Part shown: in pieces, positions 20,456 through 30,909 of the stretch
How the letters are laid out: the number at the start of each line of letters is the position of its first letter
Position numbering within the stretch: the stretch's first letter is position 1
Assembly: GCA_963780185.1 (NCBI GenBank)
Contig: CAWABA010000006.1
Coordinates: 512,001-576,000, forward strand
Direction: 5' to 3'
From: Candidatus Bathyarchaeota archaeon
Lineage (GTDB): Archaea; Thermoproteota; Bathyarchaeia; Bathyarchaeales; Bathycorpusculaceae
DNA: 64,000 nt
Notes under the pieces: generated by a model
The model's input: the letters and a program-made list of their open reading frames with translations, nothing else
Told to the model about the DNA's origin: nothing
The model's database searches: none
Made by a program: the position numbers and the translations under genes

Positions 20456-20558
20456 ACTTCTGTAGCCTCTAACAGAACGGCAAGAGTGTTTTAGATTTAT
20501 CGGTGTGTCAGTTTAAAGTATAAATATCGTGTTAGCCATAGCTTCAAGTAAGTTTTAG

Positions 20559-21806
20559 GTGACACATTTGCGAATAGGCTTCTTCGTTTATGAATATCCG
20601 CCGCAGACGGTTGGCGGCTTAGGCACCTACGCTGAAAACATAGCCCATGAATACGTTGACATCGGGCATGACGTTTCAGTCTTCACGCTCAACAACAACG
20701 GTTTGAAAACAAGGGAAATCCTGCGAGGCGTGGAAGTGCATCGTCCCCAGATAGCCGACGCAAGCAACATCTGGCCTTTCTTCGTTGTCGACGACCTCAA
20801 GAAATGGGGAACCAACATCAAACTCTTCAACGACATCTTCATCTACAACATTTTGAGCGCAACCAAATTCATAAACGGCTTAATTAAAAAAGAAAAATAC
20901 AATTTCGACGTCGTCTGCGTCCACGATTGGCTCAGCAGCATCGCCGGCTTAGTAATCAAGAACGAAACCCAGATACCGGTGGTTTTCCACACGCACAGCA
21001 CGGAGTGGGGGAGAAGCGGTGGAGGAGGCTCCGAAGTTGTCTCCCATTTGGAGCGAGCGATGTCGCAAAACGCAGACAAAATAATAACCGTTAGCTACGC
21101 GATGCAGGACGACCTTGTGAAACATGGGTGGTCGCCTTCAAAAATAAGCGTTGTCTGGAACGGTGTTGACCCAGAAATGTACAATCCAGCGCATATAAGC
21201 AAGGAGGAAGTCAACGAAATCAGGACTAAATACGGCATTCCTGACGGTTGGAACATGCTCCTTTTTGTCGGAAGGCTAACTTGGGTGAAAGGTGTTCACA
21301 ACCTTTTGCAGGCGATGCCTCTTGTTTTGAAAGAGAACCCTAACACTAAACTGGTCATCTTAGGCAAGGGCGACGAACAAACTGACATCACTGAAACGGC
21401 CGAACGCCTAGGAATTCAAGACAAAATCGTTTACCGATTCGACTTCGTGCCTGAACAGGAACGCATTCTGCATTATGCGGCTTCTGACGTCTGCATTTTC
21501 CCCTCAACCTACGAGCCTTTCGGCATAGTGAGTTTGGAAGCAATGTCTATGGAGAAACCTGTCGTTGTAGGCGCAAGAGGCGTGGTCGGCTTCAAAGAGC
21601 AAGTGGTCAACAGTGGACCCGATCAAAACGGAGTGCACATCAACGGCGAAGACCCAGCAGACATAGCTTGGGGAATAAACGTAACTCTAAAAGACCCCGA
21701 ACAAGCCAAAAACTGGGGCGAAAACGGCAGACGAAGAGTAATAGAGTATTTTACGTGGCGGAAAGTCGCTGAAGAAACAAGCAAAATCTACGAGTCACTA
21801 ATATAG
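20559..21806 (+). CDS. Glycosyltransferase family 4 (glycogen synthase-like)
   Basis: EYPPQTVGGLG, HDW, VGRLTWVKG and PSTYEPFGIVSLEAM. Confidence 0.92.
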   Translation: MTHLRIGFFVYEYPPQTVGGLGTYAENIAHEYVDIGHDVSVFTLNNNGLKTREILRGVEVHRPQIADASNIWPFFVVDDLKKWGTNIKLFNDIFIYNILSATKFINGLIKKEKYNFDVVCVHDWLSSIAGLVIKNETQIPVVFHTHSTEWGRSGGGGSEVVSHLERAMSQNADKIITVSYAMQDDLVKHGWSPSKISVVWNGVDPEMYNPAHISKEEVNEIRTKYGIPDGWNMLLFVGRLTWVKGVHNLLQAMPLVLKENPNTKLVILGKGDEQTDITETAERLGIQDKIVYRFDFVPEQERILHYAASDVCIFPSTYEPFGIVSLEAMSMEKPVVVGARGVVGFKEQVVNSGPDQNGVHINGEDPADIAWGINVTLKDPEQAKNWGENGRRRVIEYFTWRKVAEETSKIYESLI

Positions 21807-21837
21807 ACAAAAAGAAGACGGGAAAGAAAAGATTAGG

Positions 21838-22809
21838 CTAAGTTGCCAGCATATCAGCGACTTCAAGCAGTCTCAAATCGATCGGCTTCCGTTCCCTAGC
21901 CGCTTTCTCCAACTCGAAACCCACAATCTCGCCGTTTTTCAATCCAACCGCCATGTTGCCTTTCCCCTCGCAGATTAAATCAACCGCTTTCTCCGCAAAC
22001 AAACTAGCCAGCAGCCTGCTGCGTGCAGTTGGGCTTCCGCCGCGCTGTGCATACCCAAGAATGGACAGCCGCACTTCAGCTTCTGTCTGCTGCTGCATTT
22101 CCGAGGCAAGCTTGCTTGAGTTACCGCAGCCTTCCGCCGCCACAATGATTCCTGCGCGTTTGCCTTTTTTGGCGTTATCCTCCATCATCTTAACTATTTC
22201 GTCAAGGCTCAAGGGGCGTTCTGGAATCAGAATGACCTCTGCGCCCACGCAGATGCCTACTTCCAACGCTAAGAACCCTCTTTTGCGGCCCATCACTTCA
22301 ACAATGAATACTCTCTCATGAGAAATCGCCGTGTCTCTGATTTTGTCTATGGCGCCCACAGCCGTGTTGACTGCGGTGTCAAAGCCGATTGTCTCATCAG
22401 TTCCGTAAACATCATTGTCGATTGTGGCGGGGATGCCGACCATCAACGCATCGGTTTCCCTGCTCAGGTCAAGCGCGCCCCTGAAGGAACCGTCGCCGCC
22501 GATAACGACCAAACCGTCTACATTGTTAATCGATAATGTTTCTGCCCCCTTCTCGACGCCGCCTTCTTCCTCGAAGCTTGCGCACCGCAAAGTGTGAAGT
22601 ATGGTTCCACCCAGCTGAATTATGCCGCCGACGCTTCGCGGAGTCAGCTTTCTGCAAGAATTCGTCAAAAGTCCATCCCAACCCCGCTGGAAACCTATAA
22701 CTTGAAAACCCTTCGCATGGGCAATTCGTGTTACTGCTCGGATAGCAGCGTTCATTCCTGGAGCGTCGCCGCCTGAAGTCACGACGCCAATAGTCTTCGC
22801 CAAACCCAT
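21838..22809 (-). CDS. pfkA: 6-phosphofructokinase, PfkA family
   Basis: TSGGDAPGMNAAIR, IGGDGS, PATIDND and VEVMGR. Confidence 0.95.
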   Translation of the reverse strand: MGLAKTIGVVTSGGDAPGMNAAIRAVTRIAHAKGFQVIGFQRGWDGLLTNSCRKLTPRSVGGIIQLGGTILHTLRCASFEEEGGVEKGAETLSINNVDGLVVIGGDGSFRGALDLSRETDALMVGIPATIDNDVYGTDETIGFDTAVNTAVGAIDKIRDTAISHERVFIVEVMGRKRGFLALEVGICVGAEVILIPERPLSLDEIVKMMEDNAKKGKRAGIIVAAEGCGNSSKLASEMQQQTEAEVRLSILGYAQRGGSPTARSRLLASLFAEKAVDLICEGKGNMAVGLKNGEIVGFELEKAARERKPIDLRLLEVADMLAT

Positions 22810-22950
22810 CAAATCTCCTTAAGGCATACAGTTTCCTGTTACAAACCACCTAACATTTCTTGCATAGGGATTAAAACGTTTAGTATTGCAAATATTGAGG
22901 GGGTTTTTTGCTGGGTTATTTTTGGGTTGCTTTGGCTGTGTTTTTTTTTA

Positions 22951-23125
22951 GTTGCGACTTTTGTTTTTGGATAAGTTGCGACTTTCGCCTCTGGCAGGTT
23001 GCGTTCCCTGTTGTTTTTTTGGTTTAGGCTTAGCTTCTGCTTTTTTACTGGTCGTGTACACGGGCGAAATGCGACTTCGCCATGTTGAGTCAACATAGAC
23101 GTCACTGTCAAACACGGGCGGATTA
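22951..23125 (-). repeat. Dispersed ~175-bp element, copy 2 (inverted relative to copy 1)
   Basis: Reverse complement is collinear with 3060-3233. Begins at the hsdM stop codon. Confidence 0.85.
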
Positions 23126-23131
23126 GGCGGT

Positions 23132-24623
23132 TCATAGGTTGCCTTGAAGCTGGTTCCCTGTCGCTTTCAGCTCCTCCAATATGCTGTTGAACTGCTCCAG
23201 CGCCGCCTGCAGGTTCTCCGCTATCTCCGCCGCCAAAACCTCTGGGGCAGGCAGGTTATCTGTGTCTTCGAGGCTTTCGTCTTTGAGCCAGAAAATATCC
23301 AAATTCGCCTTGTCACGCTGCATAAGCTCCCCGTAGGTGAAGGCTTTGAAGCGCTCCGCCTCTTCGCGTTCATGACGGTTCTGGGGGTTGTAGCATTTGA
23401 TGAAGTCTTCCAAATCCTTGTAGGCTAAGCTGGCTGGTTTTAAGGGTGAAATGCTTGTTGGTTCGCAAATCATATATCCACAGTTTCTGTGTCCAAGGCG
23501 TCTCGCTGGCAGGTTTACGGTCAAAAAAAAGCACATTCGCCTTCACACCCTGAGCATAAAAAATCCCCGTAGGCAACCGAAGAAGCGTATGAACATCGCA
23601 TTCATGAAGAATCCTACGCCTAACCGTCTCCCCCGCCCCACCCTCAAAAAGCACATTGTCAGGAACCACGATGGCTGCTTTACCGTTAATTTCAAGAAGC
23701 GTCTTAACATGCTGCAAAAAATTAAGCTGCTTATTGCTGCTTGTCGCCCAAAAATCCTGCCGCTCATAACTCAAAGCTTCCCTATCTGCCCTACCATCCC
23801 CGTTAGTCAGGGTAACGCTACTTTTCTTGCCAAACGGCGGATTAGTCAAAACCATATCAAAGCGCGTGCCCGGGTCAGAAATAAGAGAATCCCCCGTTTC
23901 AATAGGGCAAGGCTGGTCAACTTCGCCATCTATACCATGAAGAAACAGGTTCATAACGCATAACCGCACCACCCCATCAACTATGTCTTTGCCAGTGAAC
24001 GTTTTGAAACGCAAGAAACGTTTTTGCTCCAAATCAAGCTCAGGATTAGCCGACAGATAATTATGCGCAGCTATAATGAATCCGCCCGTGCCGCAAGCTG
24101 GGTCATTAATTCTCATGCCAGGTTTAGGCTGCATAACCTCAACCATAGCCTTGATTAGCTGACGAGGCGTGAAATACTGTCCCGCTCCGCCTTTGACGTC
24201 TTCTGCGTTCTTTTGAAGCAAGCCTTCGTAGATTTCGCCTTTCACATCTATATCCATGCCAAGCCAAGTTTCGCCGTTGATTAATTCGAGGAGGCGTTTG
24301 AGTTTGGCTGGGTCTTGGATTTTGTTTTGGGCTTTGCGGAAGATGACGCCTAACATTCCTTTCTCTTTTCCCAAAGCTTCCAGCAGGTGGCGATAATGGG
24401 TTTCCAGCTCAGTGCCATCTTTGGAAATGAGGCTTGCCCAATCCAAATCGTTCGGTATAGTGGATGGCTTGTTGAAGGGCGGCTTTGTCTGCTCATCAGC
24501 CATCTTTAGGAAAAGCAAGTAGGTAAGCTGCTCGACGTAATCGCCATAACTAACCCCGTCATCTCTAAGGACATTACAATAATTCCAAACTCTCTGAACA
24601 ATAGGTGCCGCTTCACTTGACAT
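23132..24623 (-). CDS. hsdM: Type I R-M methyltransferase subunit, frameshift near 23430
   Basis: GQYFTPR, DPACGTGGF and NPPF motifs. C-terminus NLDIFWLKD...LPAPEVLA is in a second frame. Confidence 0.93.
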
Positions 24624-26086
24624 ATTTCAACAACTCCACTTGATTGTTTTTTGATTTATTTGTTAAGCGTTCAGCTTTAATATGCTCCAACAACCTCTCG
24701 GCAGGTTCATCATTTGGACTCTGAGGGACAAGCTTTCCCAAGAACGCATCTTTTAAGATACTTTGTCTCAAGTTGGTGGAATACGCCAATCCATGAGTAA
24801 CTAAAATTTCCACATTATACAACAAATCGAATTGGCGCTGGATTTCTTCAATAATTGCTCCTTGCTCCGGAATCGGTGGCAAGGGAACAATGGCATTTTG
24901 CAGAAAACGCACTGGAACCCTAAGTTGTCCTGCTGAACCTGTCATATTCATTTGTGCCTCTTTCCTGAAACCGTCTTGTTGCAAGTAGTGATAATACAAT
25001 TCAGGAATAATATTATCAAAGAATCGAATAACATGAAATTCAGTAGACCCAAAACCGACTCCGTTCTTTAAGCCTCTAACAACTGCAACTTTGCCATTCT
25101 CCATGCAAGGCGTTATCTTGGCGAAAATGACATCGCCATCCTCAAAGGAGGTAAAACCTTTCTTGACCTCCGCATATTTTTTAACTATCGTGCCATCAAA
25201 CTTTCCAGTTTTAGCTTCTACAGCTCTCATGGGCAAGAAAGATACCTCATAGTCACTGGGGTAACCTTCTTTTGGTAAGTTTGGGTTAATATCAGCGATA
25301 ATGGCTAACGCAGTTAGTTGCCAAGTTTCAGGTATACCTTCATTTGAAACACCGCTCTTCTCCAACTCTGCCTGTTGACCAATCCCTCTTTCTGTTTTAA
25401 TTCTATCTAAGAGTTTTTTTGCTGGTTCTATCTGGTCTTGATGTGTCTTTCGCCATTGTTCTGTTAGTTTGCCTTCAAACGCGTGTTTTAAGACTGCTTG
25501 GCGGTAACGCTTAAGCTGCGCCTGCACCGCACGCAGCGAGGCGACGCCAGCATCCAAAAAAGAAAACAACTCCTCAACCTTACCAACAATACGCTTTTGC
25601 TCAAGAGTGGGCGCAATCGGAATCGGAATTGTTGCAAACTTTGAAGCTGAAACTTCTTTAAACGTTGTTCCGCTTCCAAAACTCTCAGCCAAATTCTTAC
25701 TGGCCTTCAAATAGTGAAAAACGTACTCATTGAAAATACCTTTGTGGCAAATTAAGTTCTTAAATCCCTGGTTCGTTGCCAAAGGGCTTTCAGCAATAAC
25801 CACGTAACCAATAGGTGCGCGAGAAGAGAAAAGCACTGCTCCAGAGTGGCAATAAAACTGCAGAGGACGAGTGCAAACCTTTCTCAGAAATATTCTTCCT
25901 ACTTCGGCTAATCCTTTTGTTTTTATAGCCAGTAAGGTCAGCTGGCGTAACCCACGGAATTTCACCATCAAAATATTCAGGTTTGCTTGTGGAAGGTGTA
26001 CCGCCTGCTTTAACTAAGCCTATCTCACCGAGAGTAGACCAAGCCCAACCAGCTGGCAATTCTTTTTGATTACTCTCTTCCGTCAC
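24613..26086 (-). CDS. hsdS: Type I R-M specificity subunit, frameshift near 25855
   Basis: ELPAGW, GGTPST, EQKRIV, PLPPIPEQ and QSILKDAFLGKLVPQ; two TRDs. Confidence 0.92.
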
Positions 26087-28834
26087 TTTGTTAGCACCGT
26101 GTTTAGTTCTTCGATTATGTTGTTTAGTTGTTGTCCGAAGAGTTGGTAGGCTTTGACTGCTCCGCCTTTCTGGTTAAAGGGCGATAGCTCGAAGGCGTCT
26201 AGGTTGATGTTTAGGCTGGTGGTTATGTGGTCTTTTATCATGTTGAGCCATTCTTTCTGTTCTGGCGTGAAGAGGTTGCCTTGGGCGTCTTGTTTGCTGA
26301 GCCATTCGGTGAAGTTGCGGTCTACTTCGTCTGGGAACGGCTCCAAAACGTTTGCTGAGCCGACGGCAAACCGTACCAAGGAGACTATGTTTGTTAGGAG
26401 TTTTTGCGGGCCTGCACCTTTGACTTTGGATGTTTCAAGTTGTTCGTAAGCCATCCATAACAGTTCAGGGGTCAGGTTGTATGGTGGCTTCTCTATGGCC
26501 TCAGCCAGTTGCTTAACTGCTTCAAACGTCAGTTGCTGTTGCCCAAAGGGTTTGCTGTAGAGAATCTGGAGTGCAATAAGTTCGTCTTTGTTTTGTTCTA
26601 TGAATTTTCGGAAGCTTTTAACTTGGTTGGTGGCTAGAATCATTTTTGCTTGAACATCAGGGCCTGCATAAATTAAAGTGTCTTTGCTTACCTCATCGAT
26701 TGTTTGTTCATTCTGCAGCTTTATTTCAAGAATTTTCTCCCTAAATTTGGGGTCATCAAAAAGCGTGCAAACACGCTTCGCCATTTCATCACCTGCTTTC
26801 TTAACCTGTTCAGGTGTGGGCTCGTCAGTTTTGAAAAGCGTTTTGGCGTTTTCCTCACGTTTGTCAGGGTCAACAGCGTCGAGTACTTCGTTGATTACTT
26901 GCCTTAGAGTTTTGCCTGGAATGGTTGCTTCAATTTCAGCTCTTTGTTTGATATCAATTTCTTTGCTAAAACTCGAGAGACGCCCCGCAAGGGAAGACAG
27001 CGTCTCTTCGTCGTGAATTCCTTGAGCAACAGACATCAAAAGTTTCTTGAATGGCACCGAGGGTTTACATTCAAGAGGGCGAGAATCGGTTTTGTCACTT
27101 TCACAAACGCCAACAGCATCAACAATCATAAAGTGAGTTTTATGTTTAGCATCATCAGAAACCCCTTTGAGGTCACTGTCCAATATGGTTCGGGTTCCAC
27201 GCCCCTTCATTTGTTCAAAATAAACGTTTGACCGCACATCCCTCATAAAAAGCAGACATTCCAAGGGTTTAATGTCTGTACCCGTGGAAATCATGTCAAC
27301 TGTAACGGCGATGCGTGGGTTATAGGAGTTTGCAAAGCTCTTAATGAGGCTCTTTGTGTTTTCTTGGGTTCTGTAAGTTATTTTCTTGCAGAAATCATTT
27401 CCTTTCCCAAATTCTTCTCTAACAATGCCCACTATATCTTCTGCGTGACTATCATCTTTTGCAAAAATCAGGGTTTTGGGAACGTTTGTTCTGCCTGGAA
27501 ATACCTCAGTAAATAATCGGTCTCTAAATGTTTGGATAACCAGTCGTATCTGGTCTTTAGCAACGACGTTTCTGTCTAATTCTTTTGCTTGGTAATCCAG
27601 AGGGCTATCAAGTTGTTCCCAACGCATCTTGCGGGTTAATCTGTCTCGCCTATCAACGTAGTTTCCAGCTTCAACCGTACTGCCCTGCTGCGTGATTTTT
27701 GTTTTGATACGGTAGACTTCATAGGGCACATTTACGTCGTCAGCAACTGCACGTGCGTGCCCATATTCCATGACAAGGTTTTGGTTAAAGAAGCCAAGCG
27801 TCTGCTTAGATGGTGTAGCTGTTAAGCCAACTATAAAGGCGTCAAAGTATTCGAGGACTTGCCGCCAAAGATTGTATATGGAGCGGTGGCACTCATCGAC
27901 AATTATGAAATCAAATTTCTCAATTGGAACTTGGGGATTATATTCTACTTCTACAGGCTTTAGATTGTCTGTGGCTGTTTCAAACCCTGAAACCTCTTCG
28001 TTTTCCTCAGCTAAATCCTGACCCCGCAGAATAGCATACAGACGCTGAATAGTTGTAATGCAAACGCGGCTTACATCATCAATGTTCCTTGAGGTTAGCC
28101 GTTGAACGTTATATATAGAAACAAATGAGCGTCCGTCATCAGGTGTCGCGTAGTTTTCAAATTCTGCGATGCGTTTGTTCGCCTAGGTTAGTTCTATCAA
28201 CCAAAAACAGGATGCGCTTGGCGTTAGCGTATTTGATTAGGCGGTAGGCTTCGGTGACGGCGGTGAAGGTTTTGCCGCTGCCACTAGCCATCTGGATAAG
28301 CGCGCGAGGCTTAGCTTCCTTGAGGGATAACTCTAGCCCATTGATGCCTTCAATTTGACATTTACGCAGCTTTTCTTCGTTTAAAGCCGGCAACTTGCAT
28401 AATCTGCTTCTCAGAGTATCTTCTTGATGCACCCACTCATGCAAGATTTCAGGTTTATGAAAAGCAAGCACCCGTCTCGAACGGAAATCAGGGTCACGAA
28501 TATCCCTAAAATAAGTCTCGGCTCCTGTACTCTCATAAGCAAACGGCAAAACGTCGCCTATGTGGGGGATTATTTCGGGGAAGTTTCTGAGGTATTTCTC
28601 TGTCTGCTCGGAAACGCCGCTTAGCGTTGTGCCTTCGGGTTTGGCTTCGACGACTCCGACGGCGTGGCGTTCAACAAAAAGCATGTAATCGGCAAAACCA
28701 GCCCTCAAAGGGTACTCCCGAACCGCGACGCCTAACCCAGCGCCAAGGTTCAACTCCTTGTAGTCCTGCACTTTCCAGCCTGCAAGGTCAAGCAAACGGT
28801 CAATGTTTTTGCGTGCTTCCTCTTCAGGCTTCAT
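26083..28834 (-). CDS. hsdR: Type I R-M restriction subunit (EcoEI/type IB-like), frameshift near 28165
   Basis: ADYML..VEAK nuclease motif and MASGSGKT. After the shift the frame reads IIVDECHRS and GLTATP, continuing into the 26083-27771 ORF (QMKGRGTR). Confidence 0.92.
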
Positions 28835-28998
28835 CGACTGCCACCCCGTACCGAGCAATAGCCTATGTTAGCACGTGTTGCGCATAAAAAGTTATCACAA
28901 AGCAAGCGCTAAATGCGGCTTTCCATGACGACTTCGGATTTTTGGTGGATGGCTCCAAAAAACATAAATGGCTTAGACATTATCCTATTGGTCTTAGT

Positions 28999-29152
28999 CG
29001 GGAGGTAGCTCAGCCTGGCAGAGCTCTCGAATCGGCTAACTTGTTTAGCTGGTGGAGACGCTGTAGAGGTCTACCCACGGTGGGCTTCATTCAAGCCTGT
29101 GCAGGCCACAGATACCGAGCCGTCGCAGGTTCAAATCCTGCTCTCCCGACCA
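28999..29152 (+). tRNA. tRNA-Tyr(GUA) with two introns: 29030-29059 (position 30/31) and 29067-29113 (position 37/38)
   Basis: C1:G72 and A73 are the archaeal Tyr identity elements. Spliced anticodon arm is CTCGG-CTGTAGA-CCGAG. Both introns form bulge-helix-bulge motifs (central helices CTCT/GGAG and CTGT/ACAG). CCA is encoded. Confidence 0.92.
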
Positions 29153-29196
29153 ATTTTATTTTGGTTGCTTTAAGGTTCCAGCTTGATTTAAATAGA

Positions 29197-29218
29197 TATT
29201 GTGGTATATATCATAATA
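29197..29218. promoter_or_regulatory. Imperfect palindrome upstream of abiE, putative AbiEi operator
   Basis: TATTGTGGTAT/ATATCATAATA (2 mismatches) overlapping a TATA-like core. Confidence 0.45.
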
Positions 29219-29274
29219 CTGCAAAATATGCAGGGTTGTGATATAAAACGAAAACGAGCCTGCTGCTTAAAAAG

Positions 29275-29898
29275 TTGCGAATTAACAGAAAAGAGTTAGT
29301 GACGTCAGAAGAACTCAAAGAATATTGCAGACAATTAGGGCTCGATTATGAATCGACAGTTGATCATTTCATTACTCGAGGTCATTTACAACGCATTTTT
29401 AGAGGTATATTCTATGTAAAATCCTTAGACGAGATGAAGCTTGGGAGGACAAAGTATAGTCACTTGGACCTTGTTGCCAAGGGCTTGGAGTTAAAAGGCA
29501 TCAATGAATGGTATTTTGGCTTGTATACAGCATTAAAACTGAACAACATGACTCATGAGTATTTTGCCACAGATTACGTTGTGAACGACCACATACTACG
29601 TGTAAACCCTATGAAAATAGCGGGCCACAAATTCCGATTCCTGAAGTTCAAGCCCAAGCTTTTCAATTTCGGCATAACTGACAATGGCATATTGTATTCT
29701 GACCCTGAGAAGACAATCCTTGACTTCATTTACATGTGGCGCTATAACGGTGTTCCAAAAGATAAGATAGCCGCGGATGTTGGCGATTGGTCAAAAGATC
29801 TGTCTGAACCTGCCTTCAGCAGATACGCAAAGAATTATCCAAAAACGGTTCAGGAAATCGCACGTCAGGTTATGAACAGAAACAAGGTGCTTGCGTGA
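29275..29898 (+). CDS. abiEi: AbiEi-type antitoxin/transcriptional regulator
   Basis: LQRIFRGIFYV, WYFGLYTAL and SDPEKTILD motifs. Overlaps abiEii by GTGA. True start may lie slightly upstream. Confidence 0.82.
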   Translation: MRINRKELVTSEELKEYCRQLGLDYESTVDHFITRGHLQRIFRGIFYVKSLDEMKLGRTKYSHLDLVAKGLELKGINEWYFGLYTALKLNNMTHEYFATDYVVNDHILRVNPMKIAGHKFRFLKFKPKLFNFGITDNGILYSDPEKTILDFIYMWRYNGVPKDKIAADVGDWSKDLSEPAFSRYAKNYPKTVQEIARQVMNRNKVLA

Positions 29899-30884
29899 GA
29901 AAAGACTTTGTCAACGAAGTTGCCAAACAAAACGGCATTGAGCAGGCAGACCTACTAGAAAAGGATTTGATTCTCCACCAAATACTGTTTGACCTCTCGC
30001 AAAATGAGTTTTTTTCCTGTAACTTTGTCTTCAAAGGAGGTACATGTCTGACGAAATGCTATCTGGGCTATTATCGCTTCTCAGAAGACATAGACTTCAC
30101 TTGGAAAGATCAAGCGGTTTTCGAAGGTATGTCTCAAATGAAAATTCGCCGATTACTGTCAAAGACAATAGACAAAGCAGGCGCAGTTTTCGAAGGAATA
30201 GCTAAAAGGCGAACTTTAGATTTCAAGTATGAAAAACAGAATAAGCACTTTGTCGAGCTTGGCGGAAGCAACAAGATGTGCACGTTCAAGATTTGGTACC
30301 ATGCGGAGACCCTAAATGTAGAAGGATTCATGAAAGTTCAGATGAATTTCGTTGAAAGGCTTCTTTTTTCACCACAAAAAGGAAAACTAAGTGCTTTGCG
30401 TTACAAACAGAGTAATGAGATGGCTTTTCTGTTTCCAGAATATACTGAGTACGGGCAAGCGGTTGATTTGTACGTGTATGACACACGAGAAATCGTTTGT
30501 GAGAAGATTCGCTCAATTCTCACTAGAGAAGGAGTCAAGGCACGTGACTTTTTGGATATTTACTTGATTTGCAAAAAATACAGTTTAGACCTTGATGACT
30601 TGCTTGACCCGATTATGGAAAAACTTAACTTTGTTCTTGGCATTTACAAGAAATATCGGGAGAACTTTGAGTCCAAGAAGGCTGTCTTCACTTCAGAGCC
30701 CTTTAGCTGGAAAGACGAAAAAAGGCTTCTGCTTCAGGAGATCGATGAGGAAGAGTTCAATAAGTTCTTGGATAACTTTAAGCCGTTTCTCAAAAAAGTC
30801 ATTGAAAAAGTGCCGCCCCGAAAACTATGTAAGCAAAACTTGGGAAACCAACGTAAAACTCCACCAACAAAATTTTTAGCCTGA
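29895..30884 (+). CDS. abiEii: AbiEii/AbiGii nucleotidyltransferase toxin (type IV TA)
   Basis: LEKD, FKGGTCL, RFSEDIDF, EKIRS and RDFLDIY. Confidence 0.92.
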   Translation: MRKDFVNEVAKQNGIEQADLLEKDLILHQILFDLSQNEFFSCNFVFKGGTCLTKCYLGYYRFSEDIDFTWKDQAVFEGMSQMKIRRLLSKTIDKAGAVFEGIAKRRTLDFKYEKQNKHFVELGGSNKMCTFKIWYHAETLNVEGFMKVQMNFVERLLFSPQKGKLSALRYKQSNEMAFLFPEYTEYGQAVDLYVYDTREIVCEKIRSILTREGVKARDFLDIYLICKKYSLDLDDLLDPIMEKLNFVLGIYKKYRENFESKKAVFTSEPFSWKDEKRLLLQEIDEEEFNKFLDNFKPFLKKVIEKVPPRKLCKQNLGNQRKTPPTKFLA

Positions 30885-30909
30885 GAACCCGAAAATGAGA
30901 TTAAAGAAG

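Noticed and set aside
23132-28834. Phase variation or inactivation of the type I R-M system (one shift in each subunit)
   Set aside because: No simple-sequence repeat tracts or invertible hsdS repeats at the shift sites, and the background indel rate explains it.
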